Shown one piece after another: positions 53,926 to 63,354 of a stretch of 64,000 nucleotides of DNA; position 1 is the first letter of the stretch, and each line of letters opens with the position of its first letter. The position numbers were made by a program, and so were the translations under genes. The stretch lies in contig JAJDWR010000022.1 of assembly GCA_022825505.1 (NCBI GenBank), positions 15,046 to 79,045 on the forward strand, given 5' to 3'. The notes under the pieces are model-generated. The model had not been told where the DNA came from, searched no databases, and saw nothing but the letters and a program-made list of their open reading frames with translations. Origin of the DNA: Gammaproteobacteria bacterium (GTDB taxonomy: Bacteria > Pseudomonadota > Gammaproteobacteria > Steroidobacterales > Rariloculaceae).

Positions 53926-54930
53926 CTAGCCGGGGCCTGGGCCCGCCGACGCCCGAATCACCAATTCAGGTTCAAAAATATTCTGGAAATCTGCGCCGCT
54001 CTGACCGTATACGTTCTCAAGCACCCAGTGCGCCGCCATGCGTCCCATCTCGGTGATCGGATAGTTGACGGTCGAGAGCTTGGGATAGAGATACCGGCTG
54101 AGCGGCGCATTATCGAATCCGACCAGCGACATGTCGTCGGGGATGCTGCGACCCTGGGTACGCAGCGTATCCATCGCACCCGCCGCCATTTCGTCGTTTG
54201 CGCAGACCACGGCCGAGAAGGGGATGTCCCGTCGCAGCAGTTCCGCCATGGCTTCGCTTCCGCCGACCTCATGGAAATTGCTCTCGATGACCAGGCGCCG
54301 GTCGAGCCTCAGGCCGTGCTCCTTCAATGCGCGCCCATGCCCTTCAAGCCGTGCTCTGGCGTCTCCCCAGGCGAGCGGGCCTGAAATATAGGCGATACGG
54401 CGATGCCGCATTTCCAGCAGCATGTTGGTCGCGACGTAACCGCCGTGCTCGTTGTCGAGGCTGATGCAACGGTCTTCCAGTCCGGGGACAACCCGGTTCA
54501 TGATCAGCAGCGGCGGCCCCTGATGCGCCTGCTGATGGATGAAGGCGTCCGCAAGCGCCTCCACGTGCATGATCAGCGCGTCGCAGTTTCTGCTGACGAG
54601 AAACCGGATGGCTTCGCGCTCCTTGGCTTCGACATTGTGCCCGGTGGCAAAGATCGTCAACTTGCCCGCTGCTCTCAGTTCTGCCTCTATCCCGCTCAAC
54701 ATGGCGCCGAAAACTGGTCCGTGGACCTCGGACACCAGTACACCCACGCAATTGGAACGGTTGGAAGCCAGCGACTGGGCGATCGAATTGGGCTGATAGT
54801 CCAATGCCCGCATGCCGGACAGCACCTTCTGGCGGGTCTTTTCACTGACCCGGCCGCTCCCGTTGATGACCCGGGAAACCGTAGCCACCGATACTCCGGC
54901 CAGTTTCGAAACTTCGTAAATCGTCGCCAT
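53926..54930 (-). CDS. LacI-family transcriptional regulator
   Basis: Start ATG 54930: MATIYEVSKLAGVSVATVSRVINGS (HTH) followed by a periplasmic-binding-protein-like sugar domain. The 173-codon upstream ORF extension is rejected. Confidence 0.88.
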   Translation of the reverse strand: MATIYEVSKLAGVSVATVSRVINGSGRVSEKTRQKVLSGMRALDYQPNSIAQSLASNRSNCVGVLVSEVHGPVFGAMLSGIEAELRAAGKLTIFATGHNVEAKEREAIRFLVSRNCDALIMHVEALADAFIHQQAHQGPPLLIMNRVVPGLEDRCISLDNEHGGYVATNMLLEMRHRRIAYISGPLAWGDARARLEGHGRALKEHGLRLDRRLVIESNFHEVGGSEAMAELLRRDIPFSAVVCANDEMAAGAMDTLRTQGRSIPDDMSLVGFDNAPLSRYLYPKLSTVNYPITEMGRMAAHWVLENVYGQSGADFQNIFEPELVIRASAGPGPG

Positions 54931-55027
54931 AGCTTGTATGCGAATCGTCGCCTTGACCTGCAAAGCGATTCCAGTCTGCCGGATTCTCCGATCAACGTAA
55001 CTCGAACCGTAACGTGCCCGGGCAGAA

Positions 55028-55041
55028 TGAAAGCGGTTACA
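55028..55041. promoter_or_regulatory. LacI-family operator-like palindrome TGAAAGCGGTTACA
   Basis: Lies 98 nt upstream of the lacI-family gene start and downstream of the halogenase-like gene A. Same consensus as 44611, 63190 and 63355. Confidence 0.55.
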
Positions 55042-55157
55042 TCTTACTGCTTCGGCGTCCCGTCTAGCAATGTTTTTTCCACAAAGACAAAACGTTAGGC
55101 AAGCAATTGCCGATTGTCGATGCCGCCCCGCGGGAGATCGGAGCGCGACATCGGCTG

Positions 55158-56648
55158 TCAGGCCATGGGCACCTTGCAGTAATGGTCGATAAATCGCTGA
55201 TGGGTGGGAAGCTGGCTGACCAGTTTTGCCACCGAACCGTGAATCCCGGTCAGGAACCTGTTCAGCTCCTCTTCGCTCATCATGTTCACGATCGGGTGGT
55301 ATTGCTCCGGCAGCAGTCCCTGTCCGAGCATGACCTGGATCCACGAATTCTCGCCGAACAGTTCCGTCGGGATCTTGAAAACGCGCCCCGCCTGCTTGAA
55401 CAGTTCGATGCGGTGCCTGAGGGAATCGGGAATGTCCAGGTTCCGGCAATGACGCCAGAAACGAGAATCGGTCCGGTTGGTTACGTAGTAATGCAGAACG
55501 ATGAAATCGCGAACGTTGTCGATCTCGAACTTCATCTGGTTGTTGAACTCGTCCACATCGGGCTGCCGAATGCCATCGTAGGGGAACATCTGCATCAGGC
55601 GGATGATGCTGCGCTGAATCAGGTGGATGCTCGTCGATTCCAGTGGCTCGATGAATCCGGACGACAAGCCCATGGCGACACAGTTCTTGTACCAGTGCCT
55701 GCGCCGCTGGCCGGCGTTGAAGCGGATGACCCTGGGTTCGGTGAGCACCCTGCCTTCGACATTATCCAGCAGATGTTGGATCGCCTCATCGGCGCTCCAG
55801 TGCCTGCTGCTGAATACCACCCCGTTTCCAACCCGATGCTGCAACGGGATGCGCCATTGCCAGCCGGCTTCATGGGCGATGGACCGGGTATAGGGGATAG
55901 GCTCTTCAACGGATTCGGTCTGAACGGCAACCGCACTGTCGCAGGGCAGCCAGTGCTTCCAGTCATCGTAACCGGCATGGAGGGTCTGCTCGATGAGAAT
56001 CCCGCGAAAACCCGTGCAGTCAATGAACAGATCGCCCTCGATCACTTGCCCCGACTGCAGGCGAATGGCGGTGATGAAGCCGCTCTCGGGGTCCTGTTCC
56101 ACGAATTCGATCCTGCCTTCCTGACGCACCGTACCGAACTCCTCGGCGATGCCCCGAAGGAACCTGGCATACAGCGACGCGTCAATGTGGTATGCGTAAT
56201 TCAGTCCCTGGCTGGGCAGTACCGCAAAACGGTTCTGCACGGCAGCAAGCCATTCATTGCAGTACTCGCCGAACTCGCGGCTGATACCCATGTTCAAGCC
56301 CTTCAGCCAGAAATGCTGGAATCCCGCAGCCCAGCTATCCTTGCCGGTCCAGCCGAAGGAATGGATGTAGTCTTCATCTACATTGCGCCAGCTCTCGAAC
56401 TTGATGCCGAGCTTGAATGTACCCCGGGTTGCCCTCAGAAAGTCCTGCTCCTTGACCTTGATCAGTTCGTGAAAGGTGAGCAGGGTCGGAATGGTGGCCT
56501 CGCCGACACCCACCGTGCCGATCTCCTCGGATTCCACCAGAGTGATGTCCAGGGTCTTGCCCAACAACCGTGACAGGGCCGCCGCAGCCATCCAGCCCGC
56601 AGTACCGCCGCCAGCGATGACTACCTTGTGTATCTTGCGTCGTTGCAT
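55158..56648 (-). CDS. flavin-dependent tryptophan-halogenase-family protein, copy A
   Basis: VVIAGGGTAGW, GVGEATIP, TFKLGIKF, GWQWRIPLQHRVGNGVVFSS (WxWxIP), GFIEPLESTSIH. No signal peptide. Confidence 0.85.
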   Translation of the reverse strand: MQRRKIHKVVIAGGGTAGWMAAAALSRLLGKTLDITLVESEEIGTVGVGEATIPTLLTFHELIKVKEQDFLRATRGTFKLGIKFESWRNVDEDYIHSFGWTGKDSWAAGFQHFWLKGLNMGISREFGEYCNEWLAAVQNRFAVLPSQGLNYAYHIDASLYARFLRGIAEEFGTVRQEGRIEFVEQDPESGFITAIRLQSGQVIEGDLFIDCTGFRGILIEQTLHAGYDDWKHWLPCDSAVAVQTESVEEPIPYTRSIAHEAGWQWRIPLQHRVGNGVVFSSRHWSADEAIQHLLDNVEGRVLTEPRVIRFNAGQRRRHWYKNCVAMGLSSGFIEPLESTSIHLIQRSIIRLMQMFPYDGIRQPDVDEFNNQMKFEIDNVRDFIVLHYYVTNRTDSRFWRHCRNLDIPDSLRHRIELFKQAGRVFKIPTELFGENSWIQVMLGQGLLPEQYHPIVNMMSEEELNRFLTGIHGSVAKLVSQLPTHQRFIDHYCKVPMA

Positions 56649-56696
56649 CGGTGGTCTATCCGTATTCCGCCTTCATCTCAGCCCGAATTCCTTCCC

Positions 56697-57713
56697 TCAA
56701 CGGTTCAGCCTGTTTAACAAGTCGGCGTGCAACTGCTTTGCCGTCGCTTCATCGAGCGGCGCCAGGCAGCCTCTGCCCGGTTCCGGTATGTGTTCGTAGA
56801 CGGACTCGTCGAAATCGAAAACGTAGTGATCGAAGAGTCCCCGCCAGATTCGCCGCTGCCGCGGCGGCAGATCGCGCAACGCCAAAATCGAGTGCATCAG
56901 GGCGGTCGTGGGTGAACCCATGAAGTTCGGCGTGGTGCACCACCAATAGTTGATCAGCAGATTGAAGGGCGTCGTCGACTCGACATGATGCCACCACATG
57001 CCTGGAACGAAGATGGCGTCTCCGGGCTGCAGCAATGCTTGCTTCGCATGCCTGACCGCTTCGGCGTACCTGGGAAATCGTTCCAGGTCCGGTTCACAGA
57101 TGTCGACCATACTGATCGCCTGGCCGGACGGGGTCTTGTCCAGGGGGCCGACGTACAGATTGCCAACCTGTTCGGGGGGAAAGAGCGTGAAGCACCTCTC
57201 GCCGGCCACCACGCAAGCCACGTTGTCCGGAAAGTCATAATGGGCCGAAACCCGGGTCTGGCTTCCGATCCAGAAACTGGCCAAGGCATCGTCCGTCGGC
57301 AATCCGATGTCGTTCTGGGCCCGAAATCCGGGCATCCACTTGTCGACCGGGGTAGAGCCCACATATAGGGTTGTCAGGCGATCCTCCCGTTCGGGTTCGG
57401 CGAGCTTGGCGAAAACCTGCGGCAAGGTCGCCCTGCCGCTGATGAAATTGAACCCGGTGAAATCTCCGTTATAGAAGATTCTCCCGTTGATCGAGGCGTC
57501 GCCGGCATAAACCGTGACCGGCTCCTCCCGCCAGAACTGCGAGAGATAGCGGGCAGCGGCGCCGATGGACTCGCTGCACTGTCTGACCGCCGGCCAGTCG
57601 TTCACCAGTCCCTTGAGTCTCACGGGTTCCGTGGAATCGTACACCTCCTGCGGAATGACGCCGCCGGCGCACTCAACGGTCCTTGCGGGCACAGGTTCAA
57701 GCATCCGGCTCAC
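56697..57713 (-). CDS. JmjC/cupin_8-type domain protein (Fe(II)/2-oxoglutarate oxygenase-like)
   Basis: LVNDWPA N-terminal motif. HxD...H triad candidates SAHYDFPDN and GMWWHHVES. Overlaps the SapC stop by 17 nt. Confidence 0.75.
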   Translation of the reverse strand: MSRMLEPVPARTVECAGGVIPQEVYDSTEPVRLKGLVNDWPAVRQCSESIGAAARYLSQFWREEPVTVYAGDASINGRIFYNGDFTGFNFISGRATLPQVFAKLAEPEREDRLTTLYVGSTPVDKWMPGFRAQNDIGLPTDDALASFWIGSQTRVSAHYDFPDNVACVVAGERCFTLFPPEQVGNLYVGPLDKTPSGQAISMVDICEPDLERFPRYAEAVRHAKQALLQPGDAIFVPGMWWHHVESTTPFNLLINYWWCTTPNFMGSPTTALMHSILALRDLPPRQRRIWRGLFDHYVFDFDESVYEHIPEPGRGCLAPLDEATAKQLHADLLNRLNR

Positions 57714-58455
57714 CGCTCATGTCCGAAGTCTCATTCTCGAGAGACGCATTCTTCAATTCGGCCAGGCGCTGAATATTGCCCATGGAAGCCAGCACCATGA
57801 ACATTGGCATCAGGTAACCGCGCTCATTGAAGTCGCCGAGGACTTGCGCCGGCAGCGCCTGCACTTTCTCCTCGTCCAGGCAATGGAATCCGATGAGCTG
57901 GTTCCGGGACCCGTCGTTCAATTCGATTTCAACCGTCATTGCCTCGAGCAAGTCGTGTTCCTGCAGGGCGTCGACAAAGGACTTGTTGTGCTCGATTCCG
58001 GCGTAGATGGTTTCCAGCAGATTGGCCGCGCTTTCCAGGAAGGGCGACCGGCCACCCAGCGGCTGGAACAATGGTTCGCCATGTTCGGTATTGACGCGGG
58101 GATGGTCCATGTCGATGGAAAGTACGCGTGTGCGCTCGGTTTCCCCCTGGGTCTTCGGGTCCTGATAGCCGATGAGAAAGGGCTCGCGCCGAACCATGGC
58201 GGGGATATAGGGCGCCTGCCACCCCGTCTCGTCGAGAAACAGGTTCTCCTTCTCCTGGAATCCGAACAGTGCCAGCGGATAGAAGCCCCCCTCGCCGTGC
58301 TGCTGAAACAGAATCGGGTAGCAGACCTGTACGTTGCGGAATTCGAACGGGAAAACCAGTGACTGCATGATGTCGTCGCGATACCGGGCAGAGCGGTCGG
58401 TAATGATCCTGATGTCCGCGTGGTCGACGTTGTTGAGGAGCGCGTAATTGGTCAT
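57697..58455 (-). CDS. SapC-family protein
   Basis: 252 aa. N-terminus MTNYALLNNVDHADIRI...VFPFEFRNVQVCYPILF matches my recollection of SapC-family proteins. Positioned between the two halogenase-like genes. Confidence 0.7.
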   Translation of the reverse strand: MTNYALLNNVDHADIRIITDRSARYRDDIMQSLVFPFEFRNVQVCYPILFQQHGEGGFYPLALFGFQEKENLFLDETGWQAPYIPAMVRREPFLIGYQDPKTQGETERTRVLSIDMDHPRVNTEHGEPLFQPLGGRSPFLESAANLLETIYAGIEHNKSFVDALQEHDLLEAMTVEIELNDGSRNQLIGFHCLDEEKVQALPAQVLGDFNERGYLMPMFMVLASMGNIQRLAELKNASLENETSDMSGEPDA

Positions 58456-58456
58456 T

Positions 58457-60022
58457 TCAGCCCTGTCCAGCGGCCCGGTGTGCGATGGCGGTAACCAGTT
58501 CCCTCGTGGTTGGCAGAAGGCGCTCCATCTGCCGCGCCTTCATCCGCGTACCGTGGAACACCTCGTCCGCCCGCTTGCGCATCCGGCCAAAGCGCGCGTT
58601 TTCGCAAGTGGCGTAGCGTGGTTTGAAACCCATTCCATACAGCACATACTGATAGCTCGCCGACGGAAACAGTTCATCCAGACGCGGCGCGTCGTCATGC
58701 CACGGCGGTTGCTGCTGCCACAATTTCATCTTCCGGCGCAGCCCCTCGGGCCAGGAACGCCGCTCGCGATTTTCCTTCCAGTAGTCGCTGTCCCCGCGGA
58801 CACTCGCCGCATAGTGCAACTTCAGGAATTCGACGATGCGCCGCCAATGGTAGCCCATCTTCGCGTTGAATCGGTCGGCGACGATATCCATGATCTCCCG
58901 GTCGCGGGGCATCTGTTCCCCAATGAGTTTCGCGGCCTGTTCGATCAGTACCAGCGCCGAAGCTTCCAGCGGTTCGACAAAGCCCGCGGACAGCCCGACG
59001 GCAACGCAGTTTCTGACCCAGAACTTCTCGCGGTAACCCGGCTCGAATGGAATGGTCCGGTAGCTCAGCGATCGGAGGTCGACACCGGGTGAGGTTTCTT
59101 CAACGTATCGTTCCAGCGCAGAAAACGCGATTTGCTCATCGGCATGGGCACTGGAATGGACGTAGCCGATCCCCCGTCGGCTGCTGAGGCCGATGTCCCA
59201 GATCCAGCCGTAGGGTTCTGCCGTTGCCAACGTCACCGACGCAATCGGATCACCTACGTTCGCATAGGGGACCTGGACCGCAATGGCCCTGTCATTGAAA
59301 AGCACATCCTTGACCGAAACAAGGCGACTGCCGAAGTGGCGCCCAATCAACAGCGCCTTCTGGCCGGTACAATCGACGAACAAATCCCCTTCCACGCGCT
59401 CGCCGGTATCGAGCGCCACGGCCGCGATATCTCCGTCCGGGTGCGATTCGATCCGCTCGACATTCGCGGAAACGTAGCGCACGCCCAGTTCTTCCACTGC
59501 GTGCCGGTGCAACAATGCCGCAAACTTTGCTGCGTCGAAGTGGTAGCCGTAGTTGACCGTGAACGCGTACTGCGGCGCGCTGACCTGCTTGGGCGCGAGG
59601 CCCAGTTCTATGACCCGTGCCTGCGGGGTGACGAGATCGGCATAGGCCGAATGGCCGCCATGCGAGAGCCAGAATCTCGCGGGATTCAGGTCGGCATAGT
59701 CGACCGGCAAACTGAAAGGGTGAGTGTACTCGGTTGTGTCGGGATTTCCGGACCAGTTGCGAAAACGGGTTCCCTGCTTGAAACTGGCGTTGCATTCGCA
59801 GATGAATTCGTCTTCCGGGAGACCCATCTGCTGAAGTGTCATGCGCATCGACGGCCAGGTGCCTTCCCCGACACCGATAATGGGTATATCGGGAGACTCG
59901 ACAAGAACGACCTGGACCGCCTGATCGTCGCGCCCAGGGGATTCCGCCGCCACCACGGCGGCTGTAATCCAGCCCGCCGTACCGCCACCGACGATTACGA
60001 TTTTTCGTATTGGCTGATCCAT
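58457..60022 (-). CDS. flavin-dependent tryptophan-halogenase-family protein, copy B (divergent motifs)
   Basis: IVIVGGGTAGW, GVGEGTWPS, ASFKQGTRF, GWIWDIGLSSRRGIGYVHSS, GFVEPLEASAL. Lies 1 nt upstream of SapC. Confidence 0.85.
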   Translation of the reverse strand: MDQPIRKIVIVGGGTAGWITAAVVAAESPGRDDQAVQVVLVESPDIPIIGVGEGTWPSMRMTLQQMGLPEDEFICECNASFKQGTRFRNWSGNPDTTEYTHPFSLPVDYADLNPARFWLSHGGHSAYADLVTPQARVIELGLAPKQVSAPQYAFTVNYGYHFDAAKFAALLHRHAVEELGVRYVSANVERIESHPDGDIAAVALDTGERVEGDLFVDCTGQKALLIGRHFGSRLVSVKDVLFNDRAIAVQVPYANVGDPIASVTLATAEPYGWIWDIGLSSRRGIGYVHSSAHADEQIAFSALERYVEETSPGVDLRSLSYRTIPFEPGYREKFWVRNCVAVGLSAGFVEPLEASALVLIEQAAKLIGEQMPRDREIMDIVADRFNAKMGYHWRRIVEFLKLHYAASVRGDSDYWKENRERRSWPEGLRRKMKLWQQQPPWHDDAPRLDELFPSASYQYVLYGMGFKPRYATCENARFGRMRKRADEVFHGTRMKARQMERLLPTTRELVTAIAHRAAGQG

Positions 60023-60098
60023 CGACCCATTTACCCGACCGTGCGCGGTTAGAGTCGAGATACCGCCTGGCCCGCATTACGTGGGACGATGATACCAA

Positions 60099-60126
60099 GA
60101 GAGGCTGCGCCAGCAGGCAGCCTCTC
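60099..60126 (-). terminator. perfect 10-bp GC-rich hairpin between the TonB-dependent receptor and halogenase-like gene B (terminator/attenuator candidate)
   Basis: gagaggctgc (60099-60108) and gcagcctctc (60117-60126) with an 8-nt loop. Starts 12 nt after the receptor stop on the minus strand. Only a weak U-tract follows (TTGGTATC). Confidence 0.45.
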
Positions 60127-60137
60127 ACCGATGCAGA

Positions 60138-63101
60138 TTACAACTTGTACCGGAAGCCGAAGTTGTAGCGCGGTCCCGCCTGGCCGGCGAAGAGCGTCTG
60201 GAACGGATGCCGACCGTATACATGGGTCGTCTCGTCGGTCAGGTTAAGCCCGTCGAAGTAGACGTTCATATTGTCGTTTATCCAGTAACTGGCGCTCAGG
60301 TCCAGTTGCTGATACTCGCCGACATAGGTCGGAGGCCCGGCACCCACGTTGTTCTGTCCGGTACCCGCCAGGAAAGCATCCCGCCAATTGTAGGCCACCC
60401 TCACACTGATGCCGTCCCTGTCGTAAAAGGCAATGAAATTCGCCGAATCGCTCAGGCCCGTAAGCACGAACTGCTGAGCGAGGCTGAAGTTGTCGTAGCC
60501 GACGTCGGCATCGACAAGAGTGGCGTTTGCGATCAAACCGAAACCGGTGTCGCCAAAGTTGTGCTGTACAACGAATTCCCAGCCTTTCATGGTCGCCTGT
60601 TCAATATTCACGGGCACAGTCAGATTGAACGGCGCGGCCGGGTCGCGGCCGGGTACGCCGGCGATGACGCCGGTGGCAGAGTTCACTCCCTGCGCGTCCG
60701 ACCTGTTTGCAAGGATCCAGCCATACAGGGTTCCGGCATCGGAACTGCCGGTGGCTGCCCGCGCTTCTTCGGCCAAGGGTCCGAGGCCCGGATGCGGCAA
60801 CCCGAAGGTTTCTTCGACAACCGACGAAGTCCCGATAAAGTTCTTCACGTCCTTGAGGAAATAGCCGACAGCCACGTAACTGTCGTCGTTGTAGTAGTAC
60901 TCGACAGAGAAGTCACTGTTCTGCGACTCGAATGGCAACAGCGCCGGATTGCCGCGATTGCCCGTCCCACCACCGATCCGCACCGGATTGTTGATGGTCT
61001 GGCCACCCTGTATGTCGCCGTAGTTGGGTCGCGTGAGAGTCTTGCTCAACGAAACACGCCCGACCAGATCCGGTGTCAGGTCGATCCTGAAGTCAAAATT
61101 GGGCAACACGACATCGTAGTCGCCTTCCAGAGCGGAAAAGTCCGGATCGCCCTGCACGGCGGTGAACTCGTTGCCCGAGCCCCAGACCAGGCCCGTATAG
61201 GCCGGCGCAAGCGCCTGGGAGGAAACGTCGGTCGACTCGTAACGCGCTCCCAACCGCATATCCACCGGCATATCGCCGAACTCTGTCGACATGTTCAATT
61301 GAAAGTACGCCGCGACAGAGTCTTCCTGAGTTCGCCGGTCGGAAGTGAAGTTACTCGATGAACACAAGCCCGTTCCGCATTCGCCCATGTCTCCGGTCGT
61401 TGTGATGGCGATGTTCGCGTCACCCGACGCCATCAGCGCCTCCGTTCTGGCAATCAAATCCGACGTGTCGAACCGGAAGAAATCCGTCTGCCGACGCGGG
61501 TCGTTTCCGCCCGGGATCTTACTGAAAGCGTCCGCGGCAGAAGCGGGCTCCATAAGATCCGCGATCGCACCGAGGGGGGTTTGAGCGCTCCAGGCGTCGC
61601 GTTGCAAAACGGAACCGGCAGACTGGTTGTTCACCTCCGTAAGCTGAATGCCGAAGTCGATACTTTCCACAAAGTCCACATCGAAATCGAACGCCCCGGC
61701 CAACTTGGTCTGATCGATGTCCATTCTGGACAGATTGTTGGTGAACACGCTGCCGGTGACAACCATGTCGTCGGGAGACAGCGGAGCGCTCAGTCCCAAC
61801 TCGAGAACCGGCAAATGCTCTCCGAAATAGCCGGTTGTGCGGTCGCGCTTGTACGCCGCCGTGGAAAGCAGGGCCGAATCGCCAAACGGGCTGTTGGGGG
61901 CGCGCTTCGCGTTCGAGTTGTGATAATCGAACTCCACCGTAAACCGATCGGAAACGTCCCAGAGCAGGTTCAACCCGGTGGACCCGTTCTGCGTACGCCA
62001 CGCGTCCTCGCCGCCTCCCATGGAATAGTCGGAACCGCCCAGGTTCTCGGTGTAGGTCAGTGGGCTTGCCTGGGGTCCGTCCGTCCAGAGCGTTTCCTGG
62101 GCGCCGAAATTGAACCAGGCCGACAGATTGCTGTATGTCCTTGTCAACTCGACTTCCGAATGCGTGTAGTCCAGCGTCGCTATCAGGTTGTCCGCCGCCT
62201 GCATCTGCAACGTTAGCTGGCCGTTGGTTCGAACGCGGTCGTATTCGGCCAGTTCATAACCAATGCTCTGCGGTACCGAGTAGAGGTCGCCTTCTCCCGG
62301 CCGGTTCTGCTGGTTCGGGTCCGTATGCGGGGGAATGCCGCCCCACTCCGAGGGACCGATACCGCACCAGCAGTTGTCCGTTTGTCCGGGAAATGTTCGC
62401 CACCCGCCGACGCTGGCCGTATTGGCGCCGTTGTTCCGATCCTGCCGAACCGCGCTCAGCGCGATGCCGACGCGGTCATCCGCGAACGTATTGGAAAACA
62501 GCGCCGAAATTTCTGGCGTGAAGGAGTCGCCCCTTGTGGTCGATTGATCGGTCAACCCACTCGCGGCCGCCGTGAAGTTCATTCCAGGGGCTTCCAGCGG
62601 ACGGGTCGTGCGGATATTCAAGGTAGAACCGATGCCACCGGTGGGCACATCCGCCTGTCCGCTCTTGTACACTTCGACCGCGGAAATGCCCTCCGAAGCC
62701 AGATCGCCGAAGTCGAACGACCTCCCGAGTCCGCTGGTTGTCGGCATCTGCCGACCATTCAACAGGACGAGATTGAAGTCCGGTCCGAAGCCGCGAACCG
62801 TCACTCGCGCGCCTTCGCCCCGTTCCCTGTCGATCGAAACGCCCGTGATGCGCTGCAGGGATTCTGCCAGGTTGCTGTCGGGGAAATCGCCGATATCCTC
62901 GGCGGTGATGGCGTCGACAACTCCATCTGCGCCTCTTTTCAGGTCCATGGAGGCTCTCAGGCTCTGGCGGATACCGACGACCACGATTTCCTCGATCGGT
63001 TGAGCACCCGGCCCGGCCTGCTGCGCGTATGCCGCCCCGCCGGCCATTGCCACGGAGACCGCCGCCGCAACCGGCGACTTTCTGAAATTTCTGACAGGCA
63101 C
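60138..63101 (-). CDS. TonB-dependent outer-membrane receptor (about 987 aa, polysaccharide/oligosaccharide-type)
   Basis: Signal peptide ...AMAGGAAYAQQ. TonB-box/plug (EEIVVVGIR, DAITAEDIGDFPDSNLAESLQRITGVSI, LLNGRQM). C-terminal beta-barrel ending NFGFRYKL. Confidence 0.88.
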   Translation of the reverse strand: MPVRNFRKSPVAAAVSVAMAGGAAYAQQAGPGAQPIEEIVVVGIRQSLRASMDLKRGADGVVDAITAEDIGDFPDSNLAESLQRITGVSIDRERGEGARVTVRGFGPDFNLVLLNGRQMPTTSGLGRSFDFGDLASEGISAVEVYKSGQADVPTGGIGSTLNIRTTRPLEAPGMNFTAAASGLTDQSTTRGDSFTPEISALFSNTFADDRVGIALSAVRQDRNNGANTASVGGWRTFPGQTDNCWCGIGPSEWGGIPPHTDPNQQNRPGEGDLYSVPQSIGYELAEYDRVRTNGQLTLQMQAADNLIATLDYTHSEVELTRTYSNLSAWFNFGAQETLWTDGPQASPLTYTENLGGSDYSMGGGEDAWRTQNGSTGLNLLWDVSDRFTVEFDYHNSNAKRAPNSPFGDSALLSTAAYKRDRTTGYFGEHLPVLELGLSAPLSPDDMVVTGSVFTNNLSRMDIDQTKLAGAFDFDVDFVESIDFGIQLTEVNNQSAGSVLQRDAWSAQTPLGAIADLMEPASAADAFSKIPGGNDPRRQTDFFRFDTSDLIARTEALMASGDANIAITTTGDMGECGTGLCSSSNFTSDRRTQEDSVAAYFQLNMSTEFGDMPVDMRLGARYESTDVSSQALAPAYTGLVWGSGNEFTAVQGDPDFSALEGDYDVVLPNFDFRIDLTPDLVGRVSLSKTLTRPNYGDIQGGQTINNPVRIGGGTGNRGNPALLPFESQNSDFSVEYYYNDDSYVAVGYFLKDVKNFIGTSSVVEETFGLPHPGLGPLAEEARAATGSSDAGTLYGWILANRSDAQGVNSATGVIAGVPGRDPAAPFNLTVPVNIEQATMKGWEFVVQHNFGDTGFGLIANATLVDADVGYDNFSLAQQFVLTGLSDSANFIAFYDRDGISVRVAYNWRDAFLAGTGQNNVGAGPPTYVGEYQQLDLSASYWINDNMNVYFDGLNLTDETTHVYGRHPFQTLFAGQAGPRYNFGFRYKL

Positions 63102-63189
63102 CTTCTATCTCTCCTCTACCGTCCGCACGCAGTACGGCGACTGTTCGCGGCTGGTAATTGTCGTTTTCTCACCAAAGCGGCGCAAAAAG

Positions 63190-63203
63190 TGTAAGCGGTT
63201 TCA
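63190..63203. promoter_or_regulatory. LacI-family operator-like palindrome TGTAAGCGGTTTCA
   Basis: Lies 89 nt upstream of the receptor start codon, in a lower-GC intergenic region. Confidence 0.55.
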
Positions 63204-63354
63204 TTTATGCAATTTACTCGGCTTTTCGAGTTTCGTCAACACCTTTGTTGCCGCCATGTCAGGGCAGAACGAAGGCCAAACAGTCCTTTCGTCCCTTGTT
63301 CGTACAGGCACTTACGATGACAACGAGCATTACAGCCGGTCTTCTCGAAGAAAA

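Noticed and set aside
55158-60022. Reading the two tryptophan-halogenase-family genes as a halogenated natural-product biosynthetic cluster.
   Set aside because: No NRPS/PKS, tryptophan-modifying, carrier-protein, flavin reductase or export genes are nearby. The context is a TonB-dependent receptor and a LacI-regulated glycan locus.
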